A stretch of 64,000 nt of DNA from Candidatus Saccharimonadales bacterium (GCA_041906765.1 JAYRIP010000001.1:13061-77060); one strand, 5' to 3'; positions 41,021-51,901 are shown, numbered from the stretch's first letter. The notes: generated from the letters alone by a model not told the origin. Numbers and translations are program-made.

Positions 41021-42250
41021 ATGTCACGCGAACATTTTGATGCAACGTTTTTTATTGCCAATCGGCGTCGGTTGCGGGAACTGTTTACTGGCACTGCTCC
41101 AATTATTTTGGCGGGTAATGGCCTTATGCAGCGCAACAGCGACACAACTTTTCCTTTTAGACAGGATAGCAATTTCTGGTACGTTACCGGTTGTGATGAG
41201 CCTGACCTCGTGCTGGTCATAGACAAGAACGAGGAATACTTAATTGTGCCAAAGAGAGATGAAGGCCGGATAGCATTTGATGGCGAACCGGATAACCAGT
41301 TGCTTTGTACTATTTCTGGCATTAATCGCATGATGGATGAAGAAAGTGGCTGGAAACACCTGGAAGCTCGACTTAAAAAAGTGAAACACGTGGCCACCTT
41401 GGCGGCAGCTCCAGCCTATGTAGACAAGTTCGGTTTTTATACTAATCCAGCACGTCTACATCTCATTGAACGGCTGAAATCAGCTAACACCTCTGTAGAA
41501 CTGCTTGATCTTCGTACCCATTTTGCCAAGATGAGGATGGTTAAACAACCACCTGAGCTAGAGGCTATCAAGCAGGCCGTCGGCATTACTATGAAAGCTT
41601 TTCGTGAGGTCCATAGATTACGCTCTAAATTTAAATATGAGTACGAAGTAGAGGCGCTACTCAATAGACGTTTTCGGCAAACAGGAGCTGCTGGACATGC
41701 CTATCAACCTATTGTAGCGGGTGGTGCACGGGCTTGTACGTTGCATTATGTGGCAAATAATCAGCCCCTCTCCTCGCAGGATCTTTTGCTGGTAGACGCT
41801 GGGGCCGAAGTGGGGCACTATGCAGCCGATATAACCCGTACGTTCCCGCTTGGTGAGCCGTCAAAACGAGCCATGGCAGTGCTTGAGGCAGTTACCGAGA
41901 TCAATGATTATGCTACCGGCATACTCAAACCGGGAACTGACATGAAAGAATATGAGCATGCTGTACGCATCTTTACAGGAGAGAAACTACGCACGTTGGG
42001 ACTTATAAAATCTATCGAACCTGAACATCTGCAGCAATATTTTCCTCATGCCACCTCTCACTTCCTGGGCTTGGATGTACATGATGCTGCCGATTACTCA
42101 CAGCCTCTGGAGGCAGGGATGGTGCTTACGGTCGAGCCAGGGATATACATCGCTAAAGAGGGGATTGGCGTCCGCATAGAAGATAACGTGCTTATTACGG
42201 AAAAAGGGGCATTACGCTTAAGTGATCGCTTGCCTCGGCTGCTGGACTAA
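41021..42250 (+). CDS. Xaa-Pro aminopeptidase (M24B)
   Basis: DAGAEVGHYAADITRT, HFLGLDVHD, EPGIY and RIEDNVLIT metal-ligand motifs. Confidence 0.85.
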   Translation: MSREHFDATFFIANRRRLRELFTGTAPIILAGNGLMQRNSDTTFPFRQDSNFWYVTGCDEPDLVLVIDKNEEYLIVPKRDEGRIAFDGEPDNQLLCTISGINRMMDEESGWKHLEARLKKVKHVATLAAAPAYVDKFGFYTNPARLHLIERLKSANTSVELLDLRTHFAKMRMVKQPPELEAIKQAVGITMKAFREVHRLRSKFKYEYEVEALLNRRFRQTGAAGHAYQPIVAGGARACTLHYVANNQPLSSQDLLLVDAGAEVGHYAADITRTFPLGEPSKRAMAVLEAVTEINDYATGILKPGTDMKEYEHAVRIFTGEKLRTLGLIKSIEPEHLQQYFPHATSHFLGLDVHDAADYSQPLEAGMVLTVEPGIYIAKEGIGVRIEDNVLITEKGALRLSDRLPRLLD

Positions 42251-42270
42251 CCTACAATACACCATAATAT

Positions 42271-42633
42271 ATGGACCGTCCTTTTATGCGCTTTTTGCTT
42301 CGGTGGTTTGTCTGTAGCCTGGGGTTATGGATCGCTGCAGCGTTACTCGGAGACCGGATTACTTATAACAGCCGTTTCCTGGTCATTATTGTGGCAGGCC
42401 TGATTTTGGCACTGGTAAATGCTGTTATTAAGCCGGTTGTGGTCATATTGTCGCTACCAGCCATACTTTTTAGCCTTGGGTTGTTTATGATCGTTATCAA
42501 TGGGCTGATGGTGATGCTGGTGAGCAAGCTATATGCGCCATTGCATGTCACCAACTTTGGCGCTGCGATGCTTGCGGGCATGGTTATCGGGCTGGTAAAC
42601 TATCTAGTAACCGCGATACTTGAGGAGCGATGA
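42271..42633 (+). CDS. Phage-holin-4 / DUF360-like 4-TM membrane protein
   Basis: 120 aa. ALVNAVIKPVVVILSLPAILFSLGLFMIVINGLM resembles the holin-IV superfamily. Confidence 0.65.
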   Translation: MDRPFMRFLLRWFVCSLGLWIAAALLGDRITYNSRFLVIIVAGLILALVNAVIKPVVVILSLPAILFSLGLFMIVINGLMVMLVSKLYAPLHVTNFGAAMLAGMVIGLVNYLVTAILEER

Positions 42634-42640
42634 TTAACGG

Positions 42641-42853
42641 ATGAGCAATTTCAACTACATCACCATTGTTACCACTGTCTTGCTCTGTACTCTGATATTG
42701 CTGCAAACCCGTGGCGCCAGCCTGGGGGCCGGCTTGGGTGGCGGTGGTGAAGTTAATGTGGTAAGGCGCGGTTCTGACAAGACTCTGCACCAAATTACCA
42801 TAATCTTGGTCGTAATCTTCGGATTGTCTCTAATTTTTGGCATTCTTGCCTGA
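42641..42853 (+). CDS. secG: Preprotein translocase subunit SecG
   Basis: 70 aa with two TM helices separated by the Gly-rich loop LLQTRGASLGAGLGGGG. Confidence 0.75.
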   Translation: MSNFNYITIVTTVLLCTLILLQTRGASLGAGLGGGGEVNVVRRGSDKTLHQITIILVVIFGLSLIFGILA

Positions 42854-42868
42854 GACACGAGACTACTT

Positions 42869-44650
42869 ATGATTGACAGAACCACCAAACTTAGGTGGCG
42901 CCGACGTTTCAGGCGCAGTAAGCGACAGGTAGAGGAACTTGGATTACAGACCGAAGAGCACCTGGAACGACATTTTTTTCGCCGACTCGCCAAGCTTGCA
43001 AGTGTTCGCCGCTTCACCATTGCATGGATTACATTGTTGGTTCTTTTAGCGGGCTGTGTCCTTGTGCAGACACGGGCGCTTGGCAAGTATTATTTAGGTG
43101 ACGTACCGGCAGCGGGCGGTATTCACACCGAAGGCCTGGTAGGTAACTTTACAAACGCCAACCCTATTTATGCCGCCACGAATGCCGACAGCAATGTCTC
43201 TAAGTTGGTATTTTCTGGTCTCATGAAGTATGACCAGCACAACCAGTTGGTTGGCGATATGGCGAAAGAATGGTCAGTCAACGAAAAAGGCACACGCTAT
43301 ATCTTCAAGCTTCGGCCTGAGCTTAAGTGGCATGATGGTTATGCGCTGACGGCTGAGGACGTAGTTTTTACTTACCAGACTATACAGAACCCAGATACAA
43401 AGTCACCCTTCGCTGTCAGCTGGCAAGGAGTCAAAGTTAGTAATCCTGACGCGCAGACGATCGTGTTTGACCTTCCGAATCCGCTTATTTCTTTTCCTCA
43501 TTCATTGACAGGGGGGATAGTGCCCAAACATTTATTGGCAAAAATACCAAAAAGCCAACTTAGAGCGGTGAGTTTTAATACCAATCCAGTTGGCAGCGGG
43601 CCATTTAAATGGGAGGGCGTTGAAGTAACTGGCGAAACATCCGAAAACCGCGAGCAGCATATTGGCCTTTTGCCCTATGAAAACTATCATTTTGGCAAGC
43701 CCAAACTGGATAAAATGACCCTGAAGATTTATCGGAGTGAAGACTCGCTGCTGGACGCTTTTCGCAAGCGAGAACTGAACGCAATGGCTGGCATCAGTGC
43801 AATCCCTGCAGATATCCGAAACGATATAGAAACGCAGCAGTACAATTTACCACTTACCAGCGCAGTTATGGTATTTCTAAAATCAAACCAAGAAGTATTA
43901 CGCGACATAGTGGTTCGGCAGGCACTTGCGCTGGCTACTGACCAGCCGGCTATCCTAAATGATTTTCCCGAACCGGTTATATCACTACAAGGGCCGCTAT
44001 TAGCGGGGCAAATCGGTTATGACAAGTCACTGCGTCAACAGGTAAATGACCCGGCACGGGCGGCAAAGATACTTGATGAGGCAGGCTGGAAGTTAAACGC
44101 TCAAGATATTCGTGAAAAAAATGGTAAGACATTATCGTTTCGACTGTTTTCGCAGGACAGCAATGAATATTCACGGGTGGCCCAAACCCTGCAAAAACAG
44201 TGGAAGCAAATAGGTGTCGATTTACAGCTTAGCCTGCAATCCGAGAATGATCTGCAAACAGCCATTGCGTTTCATAATTACGATGCGCTCCTGTATGGCA
44301 TATCAATCGGGGCGGACTCGGATATCTTTGCGTATTGGCACAGCTCACAAGCCGATTTACGCTCGCCAACCAGGCTAAACTTCTCAGAATACAAGTCTTT
44401 AACGGCCGATAAGGCACTAGAGGGTGGCCGAACAAGGACCGAGCCGACGCTTCGAGCTATAAAGTACCGGCCGTTTTTGGAGGCCTGGTACCACGATGTG
44501 CCGGCAATTGCTCTATATCAGCCACATTTCCTATATGTCACAAGAGGCCACGTCGGCGGCTTTACGCCAACACTGCTTAATAGTACCGCTGATAGATATG
44601 CTCATATTGAAGACTGGACCATTAGCCAACAGAAAGCACCACTCTATTAG
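42869..44650 (+). CDS. ABC transporter substrate-binding protein, family 5 (peptide/nickel type), membrane-anchored
   Basis: 593 aa with an N-terminal TM anchor. KWHDGYALTAEDVVFTYQ is typical of SBP_bac_5. Confidence 0.8.
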   Translation: MIDRTTKLRWRRRFRRSKRQVEELGLQTEEHLERHFFRRLAKLASVRRFTIAWITLLVLLAGCVLVQTRALGKYYLGDVPAAGGIHTEGLVGNFTNANPIYAATNADSNVSKLVFSGLMKYDQHNQLVGDMAKEWSVNEKGTRYIFKLRPELKWHDGYALTAEDVVFTYQTIQNPDTKSPFAVSWQGVKVSNPDAQTIVFDLPNPLISFPHSLTGGIVPKHLLAKIPKSQLRAVSFNTNPVGSGPFKWEGVEVTGETSENREQHIGLLPYENYHFGKPKLDKMTLKIYRSEDSLLDAFRKRELNAMAGISAIPADIRNDIETQQYNLPLTSAVMVFLKSNQEVLRDIVVRQALALATDQPAILNDFPEPVISLQGPLLAGQIGYDKSLRQQVNDPARAAKILDEAGWKLNAQDIREKNGKTLSFRLFSQDSNEYSRVAQTLQKQWKQIGVDLQLSLQSENDLQTAIAFHNYDALLYGISIGADSDIFAYWHSSQADLRSPTRLNFSEYKSLTADKALEGGRTRTEPTLRAIKYRPFLEAWYHDVPAIALYQPHFLYVTRGHVGGFTPTLLNSTADRYAHIEDWTISQQKAPLY

Positions 44651-44720
44651 GTTCAGCTCTCAATACGAAAAAGGTGTGGTACAGTATCTTTGCAACCATG
44701 TCTTTTGCAGGCAATGATAT

Positions 44721-44807
44721 GCGCGAGTGGCGGAATTGGTAGACGCGCTACCTTGAGGTGGTAGTGGGAGCAATCCTGTGGAGGTTCAAGTCCTCTCTCG
44801 CGCACCA
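44721..44807 (+). tRNA. tRNA-Leu (anticodon GAG), CCA encoded
   Basis: Acceptor strands GCGCGAG/CTCGCGC pair. The anticodon loop is TTGAGGT. It has a long variable arm and the T-arm GGAGGTTCAAGTCCTCT. Confidence 0.9.
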
Positions 44808-44846
44808 AAACAACATGATGACCCGCACTGGTCGTCTTGTTGTTTT
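44808..44846 (+). terminator. Hairpin terminator after tRNA-Leu(GAG) (bidirectional type)
   Basis: A 15-bp stem (aacaacatgatgacc / ggtcgtcttgttgtt, one mismatch) with A- and T-tracts. Confidence 0.55.
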
Positions 44847-44920
44847 GCTATTCCTCCTGCAAAACAGGAACACTATATCTGTTAGTTACGGTAGTTTATT
44901 TGTTTTGAATGGTGATTAGT

Positions 44921-45895
44921 TTACTGTACGGTTGAATTTTGATAATTTTTATCTAAGCACGGGTGGCCCTTGTAGGCACTCCTGAGGTCTGCCGTATTGT
45001 AGTCTGAGCAGGATAAAATGGCTTGGGTGTTTGTAAAATATACCCATTTACCTGGCTCTTTTTTATAAAATAGTGCATCTGATCCATCATCTTCTTCAAT
45101 ACGACTCTCTCCAAGTTTTGCTGTCTGGTAGCCGCTCACCCTGCTGTTAGAAATCTCTAAGCCTCCTAAAATTGTTGATTCGCTTACGTTAGGTAAGACA
45201 TCAGCAAAAGGCTTAATCTTTTCCGCCCCGCCCTTGTAGTCGTCAATACGACCGCAGCTTGCTGTACTTGAACTTGAAGCATCAGAAGGTGTTTCAATTG
45301 TACAAATTAAATTTTTATCTGTGTATACATCTTTTGCACCAAAAGTTCCTGTTTTATCCAAACCGAACTCTTTATAGATATCGGCAATTTCGGTACGTAT
45401 GGCAGTATCTCCTGCTTTTGGATAATTATAGTTCGTCGGGTCGGGGTTGTGCGGCATAAGTTCAAGTATTGAACCCCCGTCGTAGTCTGAGTAGAATGTA
45501 AATCCTTTGGTTTTATACGGGGGTGCTCCTTTGGAGAGTCGAACACTCATCTCATTTTCTTTCGGCTCGTTGTTCTTATCAAGATCTAAGAGGGTATATT
45601 GGCTGGCAAAGGTGTCTTTTACCTTATTAGTTACATCTTCTGGTTGCAGTCTCTCTGTCTTATTGTTTTGTGTGACCTTTTGCTGCCCGCTGCTCTGTCC
45701 TTGCTGCGGTTTTGATTTTTGTAGAAGCGTGTAACCTACTCCGCTAACCATTGCTAAAACAAGTACAATTATTGCCACAATAATTACCACTTTGCGCTTA
45801 GATTTCGGTGTGTTTTCATTTGGCGGTAGGGGTGGCTGAGGTGCAGTATAAGTCGTATTTTGTTCTAGAGGTTGTGGTTGTTGCTCGTTACCCAT
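44921..45895 (-). CDS. Hypothetical membrane-anchored secreted protein
   Basis: 324 aa with a Pro/Gln-rich N-terminus and a TM helix VVIIVAIIVLVLAMVSGVGY. No recognised domain. Confidence 0.6.
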   Translation of the reverse strand: MGNEQQPQPLEQNTTYTAPQPPLPPNENTPKSKRKVVIIVAIIVLVLAMVSGVGYTLLQKSKPQQGQSSGQQKVTQNNKTERLQPEDVTNKVKDTFASQYTLLDLDKNNEPKENEMSVRLSKGAPPYKTKGFTFYSDYDGGSILELMPHNPDPTNYNYPKAGDTAIRTEIADIYKEFGLDKTGTFGAKDVYTDKNLICTIETPSDASSSSTASCGRIDDYKGGAEKIKPFADVLPNVSESTILGGLEISNSRVSGYQTAKLGESRIEEDDGSDALFYKKEPGKWVYFTNTQAILSCSDYNTADLRSAYKGHPCLDKNYQNSTVQ

Positions 45896-45989
45896 CGCTT
45901 TACCTTTTTATTTTACTTAGCCTTAATATAACATAAATTGCTTTCTGGTAAGGAGAAAACTTCTTGCACATTGATAAACGTGCAACTCT

Positions 45990-47347
45990 CTATATTGATA
46001 AGTTCTCAATGTAAGTCTTTTCGGCGATTTCTAGACGATACTCAAGGCTAATGGGGTCTTGGAATCCCTCTGTAATTGCCTGACGAATCTTGTTTCCTGC
46101 CTGCCAGGCTGTCTCACCGAGAGCGGATATGCCAACAGTTCTTGATGAGCCAACCGTTTGGTATTGGTTATTTCCTACTTTTTCAGCTGCAGCGAATCGA
46201 ACATTACATCCCAATGACTCTATTGTGTCGGTGTTTAGGGTAAAGCTATGACTTGGCCCTTTACGATAACCATAATCCGGCGAAACGAGATATACAATTG
46301 CTGAACCGAGCGCCTTATATCTAATCTTATCTTGGGCAAGTTCACCTGTGGCGATAGTACGCAATATTTCCGCTAAGTCGACATTATCTTCCATGAGGTC
46401 AATAATGTTGATAAGCTCAGGATCACCACCTCTGGCATTTGTTTCAACAATTTTTAAACCCTCACTTGTTTTAAAAAATGTGGGATACAAAACCCCTTTA
46501 TAGTCCTGGCCTTGTTGTCGTAGCTTGTTGAGCAGTTCGTACATAAGGGTGACCGCCTCTGTATAGTCAACATCTGTTACAAATGGCAACACCCCATCTT
46601 CCATAGAAAAAGCACCCATACCACCCGTGCCAGGCCCGGAGTCATTGTCTTCTCTGTAAGGGTAGTCGTAGGTTGCAGGAGGTTTTATGAGTGTTTTACC
46701 ATCGGTAAATAACTGTAGGGTAAATTCGTGTCCTTCTAGTTTTTCTTGAATCTCTACCCCTGTTTGTTTATTATCTGCAATAACTCGCAGGGCGTATTCA
46801 CTGCCTTCATGAAAGGTGTCGAAGTGTTTTCCCATAACTTTTACGCCTTTTCCACCTGTCAGCCCTCGTGGTTTTATAGCGATGGGAGTATTTTGGTTTT
46901 CAAAATAATCAATAGCAGTATGAATACTAGGCGCGTCTTCTGCCATGAAGTTCACGGGGTTATACTGAGGAGCTATCTCGTCTATGAGCTCTCTTAAGTA
47001 AAATTTGTCCCATTCAATTCTTGCCGCGTTTCTGTCGGGACAAGGGATATACATGTCACCAATTTCTTTCTTTGCTATGCGTTGCTTTAATGTATCTACG
47101 ACGCCAGCTGCCAACGAATCATCAAATTAGTTAAAAACATGTCAGGCTGAATGTGCTCAACGCACTCTGTAATTTGCGCCACATTTGTGATGGCATCTAT
47201 CTTATGAAATTGTCCGCCACTTTGCTCAGCTTTATCTATAAGCCCGGGGTTTTCAAAAGTGCCAATAATATGTAGTTTGTGGTCTTGTAGCCTAGCAGCA
47301 AGAGCCTCATCGCGCCCCATTTGCCCTAATAGTGCTATTTCCATCAT
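45990..47347 (-). pseudogene. purD: Phosphoribosylamine-glycine ligase (PurD)-like ATP-grasp gene split by a frameshift into 83-aa and 374-aa ORFs
   Basis: The N-terminal ORF (47096-47347) reads IALLGQMGRDEALAARL...PDMFLTN. The C-terminal ORF contains (FDDS)LAAGVVDTLK, GPGTGGMGAFS and ETNARGGDPE. The two frames join by a 1-nt shift near 47115-47130. Confidence 0.6.
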
Positions 47348-47482
47348 CTAATATTATTAAGCACTCTTATATATAAGTATAAGTCATCACTCTTGCTATT
47401 TATTTCCCTGAGATATCGAAAGGATATGCTATCATTAACTCCATAAGTCTAATGCTTACCTAACGACGTTAAAGAGAGGGCC

Positions 47483-49120
47483 ATGAGTAAGGTTGCACAT
47501 TATTTACAAGAGCATTTAGTGGGCGAGGTCTTTACCTCTGGTGATATCCGGCGTTATTTTTCGACAGATGGGGGAGTATTCGCTGTCATGCCTTCGTTGG
47601 TAATGTACCCACGAAACGAAAATGATGTTCGTAAGGCCACTCGCTTTACCTGGCAACTTGCGGAACGAGGTAAAGTATTGCCAATTACTGCTCGTGGGCT
47701 GGGGACAGACCAAGCCGGTGCCGCCATTGGTTCAGGCATAATTATGGTATTTCCAGCGCACATGAACCGGATTCTGGAATATGATGGTAAAACAGGGGTA
47801 GTGACCATAGAACCAGGCATTAATTATGGTAAGTTACAACAGACGCTCCATACCCATGGTAGGTTTCTGCCACCCTTTCCATCCTCAATTGAATTCAGCA
47901 CGGTTGGTGGTGCCATTGCCAATAATGCGGGGGGCGAGAAATCGGTCAAGTATGGGACAACCAAACAGTATGTAAAGGGCCTTCGCGTCGTGTTGGCAAA
48001 CGGTGAAGTTATCGAGACGCGTCGCTACAACAAGCGTGAGGTTAGCAAGAAACAAGGTGCCGCAACTTTCGAGGGGGAAATTTATCGCTCTTTGGATGCG
48101 TTATTCGAAGAGCATCGTGATTTGATAGACTCAATATCTTTGGATGTGACTAAAAATTCTGCCGGATATAACCTGCAAGAGGTAAGAAAAAAAGACGGAT
48201 CATATGATTTGACACCGCTATTTGTTGGCTCTCAGGGCACCTTAGGCGTTGTCAGTGAGGCTACGCTTTCCACAGAAGCATACAGCCCAAATACTACGCT
48301 GATTGCTGCGTTCTTTGATGACTTGCGAGTGGCCGAGGAAGTAGTGCTGGAACTTCGCAAATTGCCTGATATGCCAAGCGCGATGGAAGTAGTTGATGAG
48401 CATCTGCTTAATTTCCTGGATACGCATTATCCAAATCAGTTGAAAGGTATTGTCGAAAAGCCATTCCATAAATTAATTGTGTTGATAGAGTTTGATAATG
48501 CGAATGCCCGAACCCAGAAACGCCTAGCAAAAAAGGCGCAAAAGATCCTGGCCAAATCCCAGATTACTTATCGCGTGGAAACTGATGAGCATGACAAAGA
48601 ACAACTCTGGAAAATTCGACATAGTGCCGCCGCAGTCATTAGCCATTCCGAGGGCAGCCTCAAATCTCTGCCTATTATTGAAGATGGTATAGTTCCGGTG
48701 GAACGGTTCAGTGATTATATCCGTGGCGTGTATGATTTGTTTGAAAAATATCACCTCAAGGCGGCGGTTTGGGGACATGCCGGTAACGCCAACCTGCATA
48801 TGCAGCCATTTCTGGATCTGAGTCAAGTGGGTGATCGTCAAAAGGTATTCAGGGTAGCTGAAGACTATTACGATATGGTAATAGCCTTAGGTGGTAGCAC
48901 AAGTGGCGAACATAGTGATGGCCGCTTGCGGGCACCCTACTTACCGAAACTATACGGTGAAGAAATTTATAAAGTTTTCCAAAAAGTTAAACAAATATTC
49001 GATCCCTACGATACCTTAAATCCGGGAGTCAAAATTAATGTCACGGTCGACGATATCAAGCCACTTCTTCGGCACGAGTACTCTATGGATCATTTGTTCG
49101 ACCACTTGCCGCGCTCCTAG
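47483..49120 (+). CDS. FAD-linked oxidase (GlcD / D-lactate dehydrogenase-like)
   Basis: 545 aa. It has an N-terminal FAD-binding PCMH-type region (PRNENDVRKA...ITARGLGTDQAGAAIG) and C-terminal GGSTSGEHSDG. Confidence 0.8.
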   Translation: MSKVAHYLQEHLVGEVFTSGDIRRYFSTDGGVFAVMPSLVMYPRNENDVRKATRFTWQLAERGKVLPITARGLGTDQAGAAIGSGIIMVFPAHMNRILEYDGKTGVVTIEPGINYGKLQQTLHTHGRFLPPFPSSIEFSTVGGAIANNAGGEKSVKYGTTKQYVKGLRVVLANGEVIETRRYNKREVSKKQGAATFEGEIYRSLDALFEEHRDLIDSISLDVTKNSAGYNLQEVRKKDGSYDLTPLFVGSQGTLGVVSEATLSTEAYSPNTTLIAAFFDDLRVAEEVVLELRKLPDMPSAMEVVDEHLLNFLDTHYPNQLKGIVEKPFHKLIVLIEFDNANARTQKRLAKKAQKILAKSQITYRVETDEHDKEQLWKIRHSAAAVISHSEGSLKSLPIIEDGIVPVERFSDYIRGVYDLFEKYHLKAAVWGHAGNANLHMQPFLDLSQVGDRQKVFRVAEDYYDMVIALGGSTSGEHSDGRLRAPYLPKLYGEEIYKVFQKVKQIFDPYDTLNPGVKINVTVDDIKPLLRHEYSMDHLFDHLPRS

Positions 49121-49140
49121 ACGGTAAAATTACATTTCTG

Positions 49141-49425
49141 ATGGCTTTACAACCTTACGATCTTGTCGGAATCATCGGTGCCTGTTTGATATTTTTTGGT
49201 TTTTACCGCACAAGCATCGGGCGGTGGTCTAATAAATCTTTCTGGTATGAACTCGATAACATGGTAGGGGCTGCCCTACTGATTGTTTATCAATTGCACC
49301 TCAAAGCATTCATTAGTGTCACGCTCAACACACTGTGGGTTATCGTGGCGTTTCGGGGCCTTACCTCGTTTGCCTCGCGATATAAATGGGGTCGTCAAAG
49401 GAAGACGAAGCGAAAGCGTCGATGA
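49141..49425 (+). CDS. Small 3-TM membrane protein
   Basis: 94-aa ORF with hydrophobic segments and a basic tail. Confidence 0.55.
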   Translation: MALQPYDLVGIIGACLIFFGFYRTSIGRWSNKSFWYELDNMVGAALLIVYQLHLKAFISVTLNTLWVIVAFRGLTSFASRYKWGRQRKTKRKRR

Positions 49426-49492
49426 ATTGTCTTGACAGCATAACCAGGATTCGCCAGACTTATATAAAAGGTATCAAACGAACAGTGAAGGC

Positions 49493-51901
49493 ATGAGTCG
49501 AAAAGAGATCCTAAAAGACTATCCAAAGTTCAACCTATTAGCTTTCTTTATTTCTATCTTTTGTTTTGGGGCTGCCGGCTATATTATTATTGCCAGCAAA
49601 GCGGCCGGGGTTATTCCTCACCCTGATGGTACACTTGTGCGCATTAAAGATGAACCTTCTGATCCCGAAAAAGAGAATATCTATCAAATCAGAGACGGCA
49701 AGCTATTCCTTATTCCTTCTGTAAAAAACAAAGCCAGTAATGGCACCGTATCTTATAACGACCAAATTCTTAATAGTTATGGGTATTCACGGACAAATGC
49801 CAAGGTTGCTACAACTGCTGATATGCAGTTGCCCAAGACTGCAAATGGACAGGTGCTTAAGCTATCATTCCGTGAGGGCGTAGTCCTGTCGGATAACAAC
49901 AATTATTGGATGGTAGATGAGCTTCCTGGCACTCCTAATCCTTCGTATAATATATTGAAGATTAATGACCCGGGACAATACGGCGTATCCTTGGGCTACA
50001 CATTCCTCACCTGGAAGTACGACATTATCCAGATATCTAGCGTTGACTTGCCAAAATATGGGAATGTAACTGGTGCCATTAGCGCCTATGACGTGCATAG
50101 TGACGGAACAGTGATTCGGAGTGGCAACGATTATTACCTTATTAAAGACAGCAAGCGTTATAAAATACCAAATGCACAAGTTGCCCGTAGTTATGGTTAT
50201 GACGTAGCCAACGCATCGACATGGGCAAGGGTAAAGCAGGCTACCGCAAAAGATATGCAACTGCCCGATAAGTCCACAGCTGGCCAGGCTTTGGTACTGG
50301 ATTATCGAGAGGGAGCCTTGCTACGTTGTACGCTAGATTATCAAAATACCGGTGCATCACAGCGTTGCTCACGCGGTAAACTCTATATTGTCGATAACAA
50401 AGGTGGCGCAAACGTCAAGAGAGAGTTTACCGGGTCAGCATTCAGCGGTCTTGGTTATAGTGATGCTGAGCTCATAACTATCGATGGGGGAGCAGCAGCC
50501 AGTGTTCCTGTCACTGACAGTGCAAATCCTGTTGCGCTTGATTCTGGTGGCGTGATTCCTAGCCCCGTCTCGCCTCCAGTCGCAGCAATCTCTTCACCGG
50601 CGAACGGCGCGGCTTATCAAAGCGTGCCGGCAAATGTGAACTTTAGTGCCACTGGTAGCAGTGCCCGTTCCGGCGGTCAGGTAATGTCTTATAGCTGGCA
50701 ATTTGGTGATGGAGCTACTGGCAGTGGCATAACCACAACCCACTCATACACTAAAGCTGGTTCTTATTCCGTGACGCTCATGGTTGTTGATGACAAAGGC
50801 CTTACTGCCTCAGCTAGCGTTACACTAAAGGTGAACAGTTCGCCACCTGTTGCCTCTGATACAGTTGGGACAACTACTAAGTTTACCGGGTGGAACATCT
50901 ACGACTTTATGTCCGACTGGCCGCAAGTTCATGCAGGTATTCGACAGCAGAAGCCCTCGGCCATCCGATGGTTCTTCGATGTTGATCGTTATATACGCGA
51001 TGAAACGACAGGGAAAGTGCGTGATTTTGATGCAAACTTTACTGACAGTAGCTTCCAGGATTTCCTTAAGGCGATAAAAGAATCCAATGCGACCCTCATT
51101 GTTACCGTTTCAAATAAAGGCATTGTATGGCCTGAGGAATATCGAGCTTGTTCTGGTTGTAATTATCCGGACATGCTGAAATTCACCCCCTACATTAAAA
51201 AGGTTGAGGGTTACTTAAAAGCTTCGGGTGTGAATGTGATATGGGAAGCATGGAATGAGCCAGATTTACGCTGGGGTTCATTCCTGAACCGCGCACCAAC
51301 TGCTGGTGCCAATGAGAATTTCTCTGAGGCTTGGTCGCCAATTGGCAATGTTATTAAAGGTGCCGCCAGCTTCACCGGTGGTAACGGCGAATTATGGCGC
51401 CAGATGCACCAAACCACTTCATTCCCTCAATCTTCAGGAGGGATAATCAGTCGTTATACTGCCGAGTGGCCATCGAGTGCGATATTTGTTGATTCGACCA
51501 GTTGGATTCGTGCTACAGCTCCGCATGTGACGTACACTAGCTTCCATCTATACCAGAATAATTATTCCGGTGGCGTCCCCGAGTATGTTAATAAAATCGC
51601 GAGTGATCTAGCCGTGTGGCAACAGATAAAAGGTACCAAAATCAAATTCTATATTGGCGAAATCGGTAAGAATTCCGGGCAGAATTTGGGTGTCAACAAT
51701 ACTGATGCACAGTTCTTGCGGGATGTGCATAATGCGCTTTCCACTGATACGCGCACAAAAGACTACTATATGGGCATGACCGCACATACTTTTTCACCGG
51801 AAGGGAACGGATCACTTGTCGATATGTGGGAACCGCGCAAAGGTTGGTGGCAACCTGATTTTAATGCCACAGATATTCCACCTGAAAGTAATACTCCCTA
51901 A
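49493..51901 (+). CDS. Secreted multidomain protein: duplicated N-terminal domain, PKD domain, C-terminal clan GH-A-like glycoside hydrolase
   Basis: Signal anchor; internal repeat (Y.I.DGK...IP...SYGY...A.DMQLP...GQ.L.L..REG..L); PKD motif YSWQFGDGATGSG...HSYTKAGSYSVTLMVVDDKG; WEAWNEPD catalytic-type motif. Confidence 0.75.
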   Translation: MSRKEILKDYPKFNLLAFFISIFCFGAAGYIIIASKAAGVIPHPDGTLVRIKDEPSDPEKENIYQIRDGKLFLIPSVKNKASNGTVSYNDQILNSYGYSRTNAKVATTADMQLPKTANGQVLKLSFREGVVLSDNNNYWMVDELPGTPNPSYNILKINDPGQYGVSLGYTFLTWKYDIIQISSVDLPKYGNVTGAISAYDVHSDGTVIRSGNDYYLIKDSKRYKIPNAQVARSYGYDVANASTWARVKQATAKDMQLPDKSTAGQALVLDYREGALLRCTLDYQNTGASQRCSRGKLYIVDNKGGANVKREFTGSAFSGLGYSDAELITIDGGAAASVPVTDSANPVALDSGGVIPSPVSPPVAAISSPANGAAYQSVPANVNFSATGSSARSGGQVMSYSWQFGDGATGSGITTTHSYTKAGSYSVTLMVVDDKGLTASASVTLKVNSSPPVASDTVGTTTKFTGWNIYDFMSDWPQVHAGIRQQKPSAIRWFFDVDRYIRDETTGKVRDFDANFTDSSFQDFLKAIKESNATLIVTVSNKGIVWPEEYRACSGCNYPDMLKFTPYIKKVEGYLKASGVNVIWEAWNEPDLRWGSFLNRAPTAGANENFSEAWSPIGNVIKGAASFTGGNGELWRQMHQTTSFPQSSGGIISRYTAEWPSSAIFVDSTSWIRATAPHVTYTSFHLYQNNYSGGVPEYVNKIASDLAVWQQIKGTKIKFYIGEIGKNSGQNLGVNNTDAQFLRDVHNALSTDTRTKDYYMGMTAHTFSPEGNGSLVDMWEPRKGWWQPDFNATDIPPESNTP

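Noticed and set aside
40789-41397. 202-aa minus-strand ORF spanning the uvrC-pepP junction
   Set aside because: It overlaps two confidently identified plus-strand genes and has no recognisable motif.
42655-43086. 143-aa minus-strand ORF over secG and the start of the SBP gene
   Set aside because: It is antisense to secG and the SBP gene, and it is an Arg/Ser/Pro-rich chance ORF.
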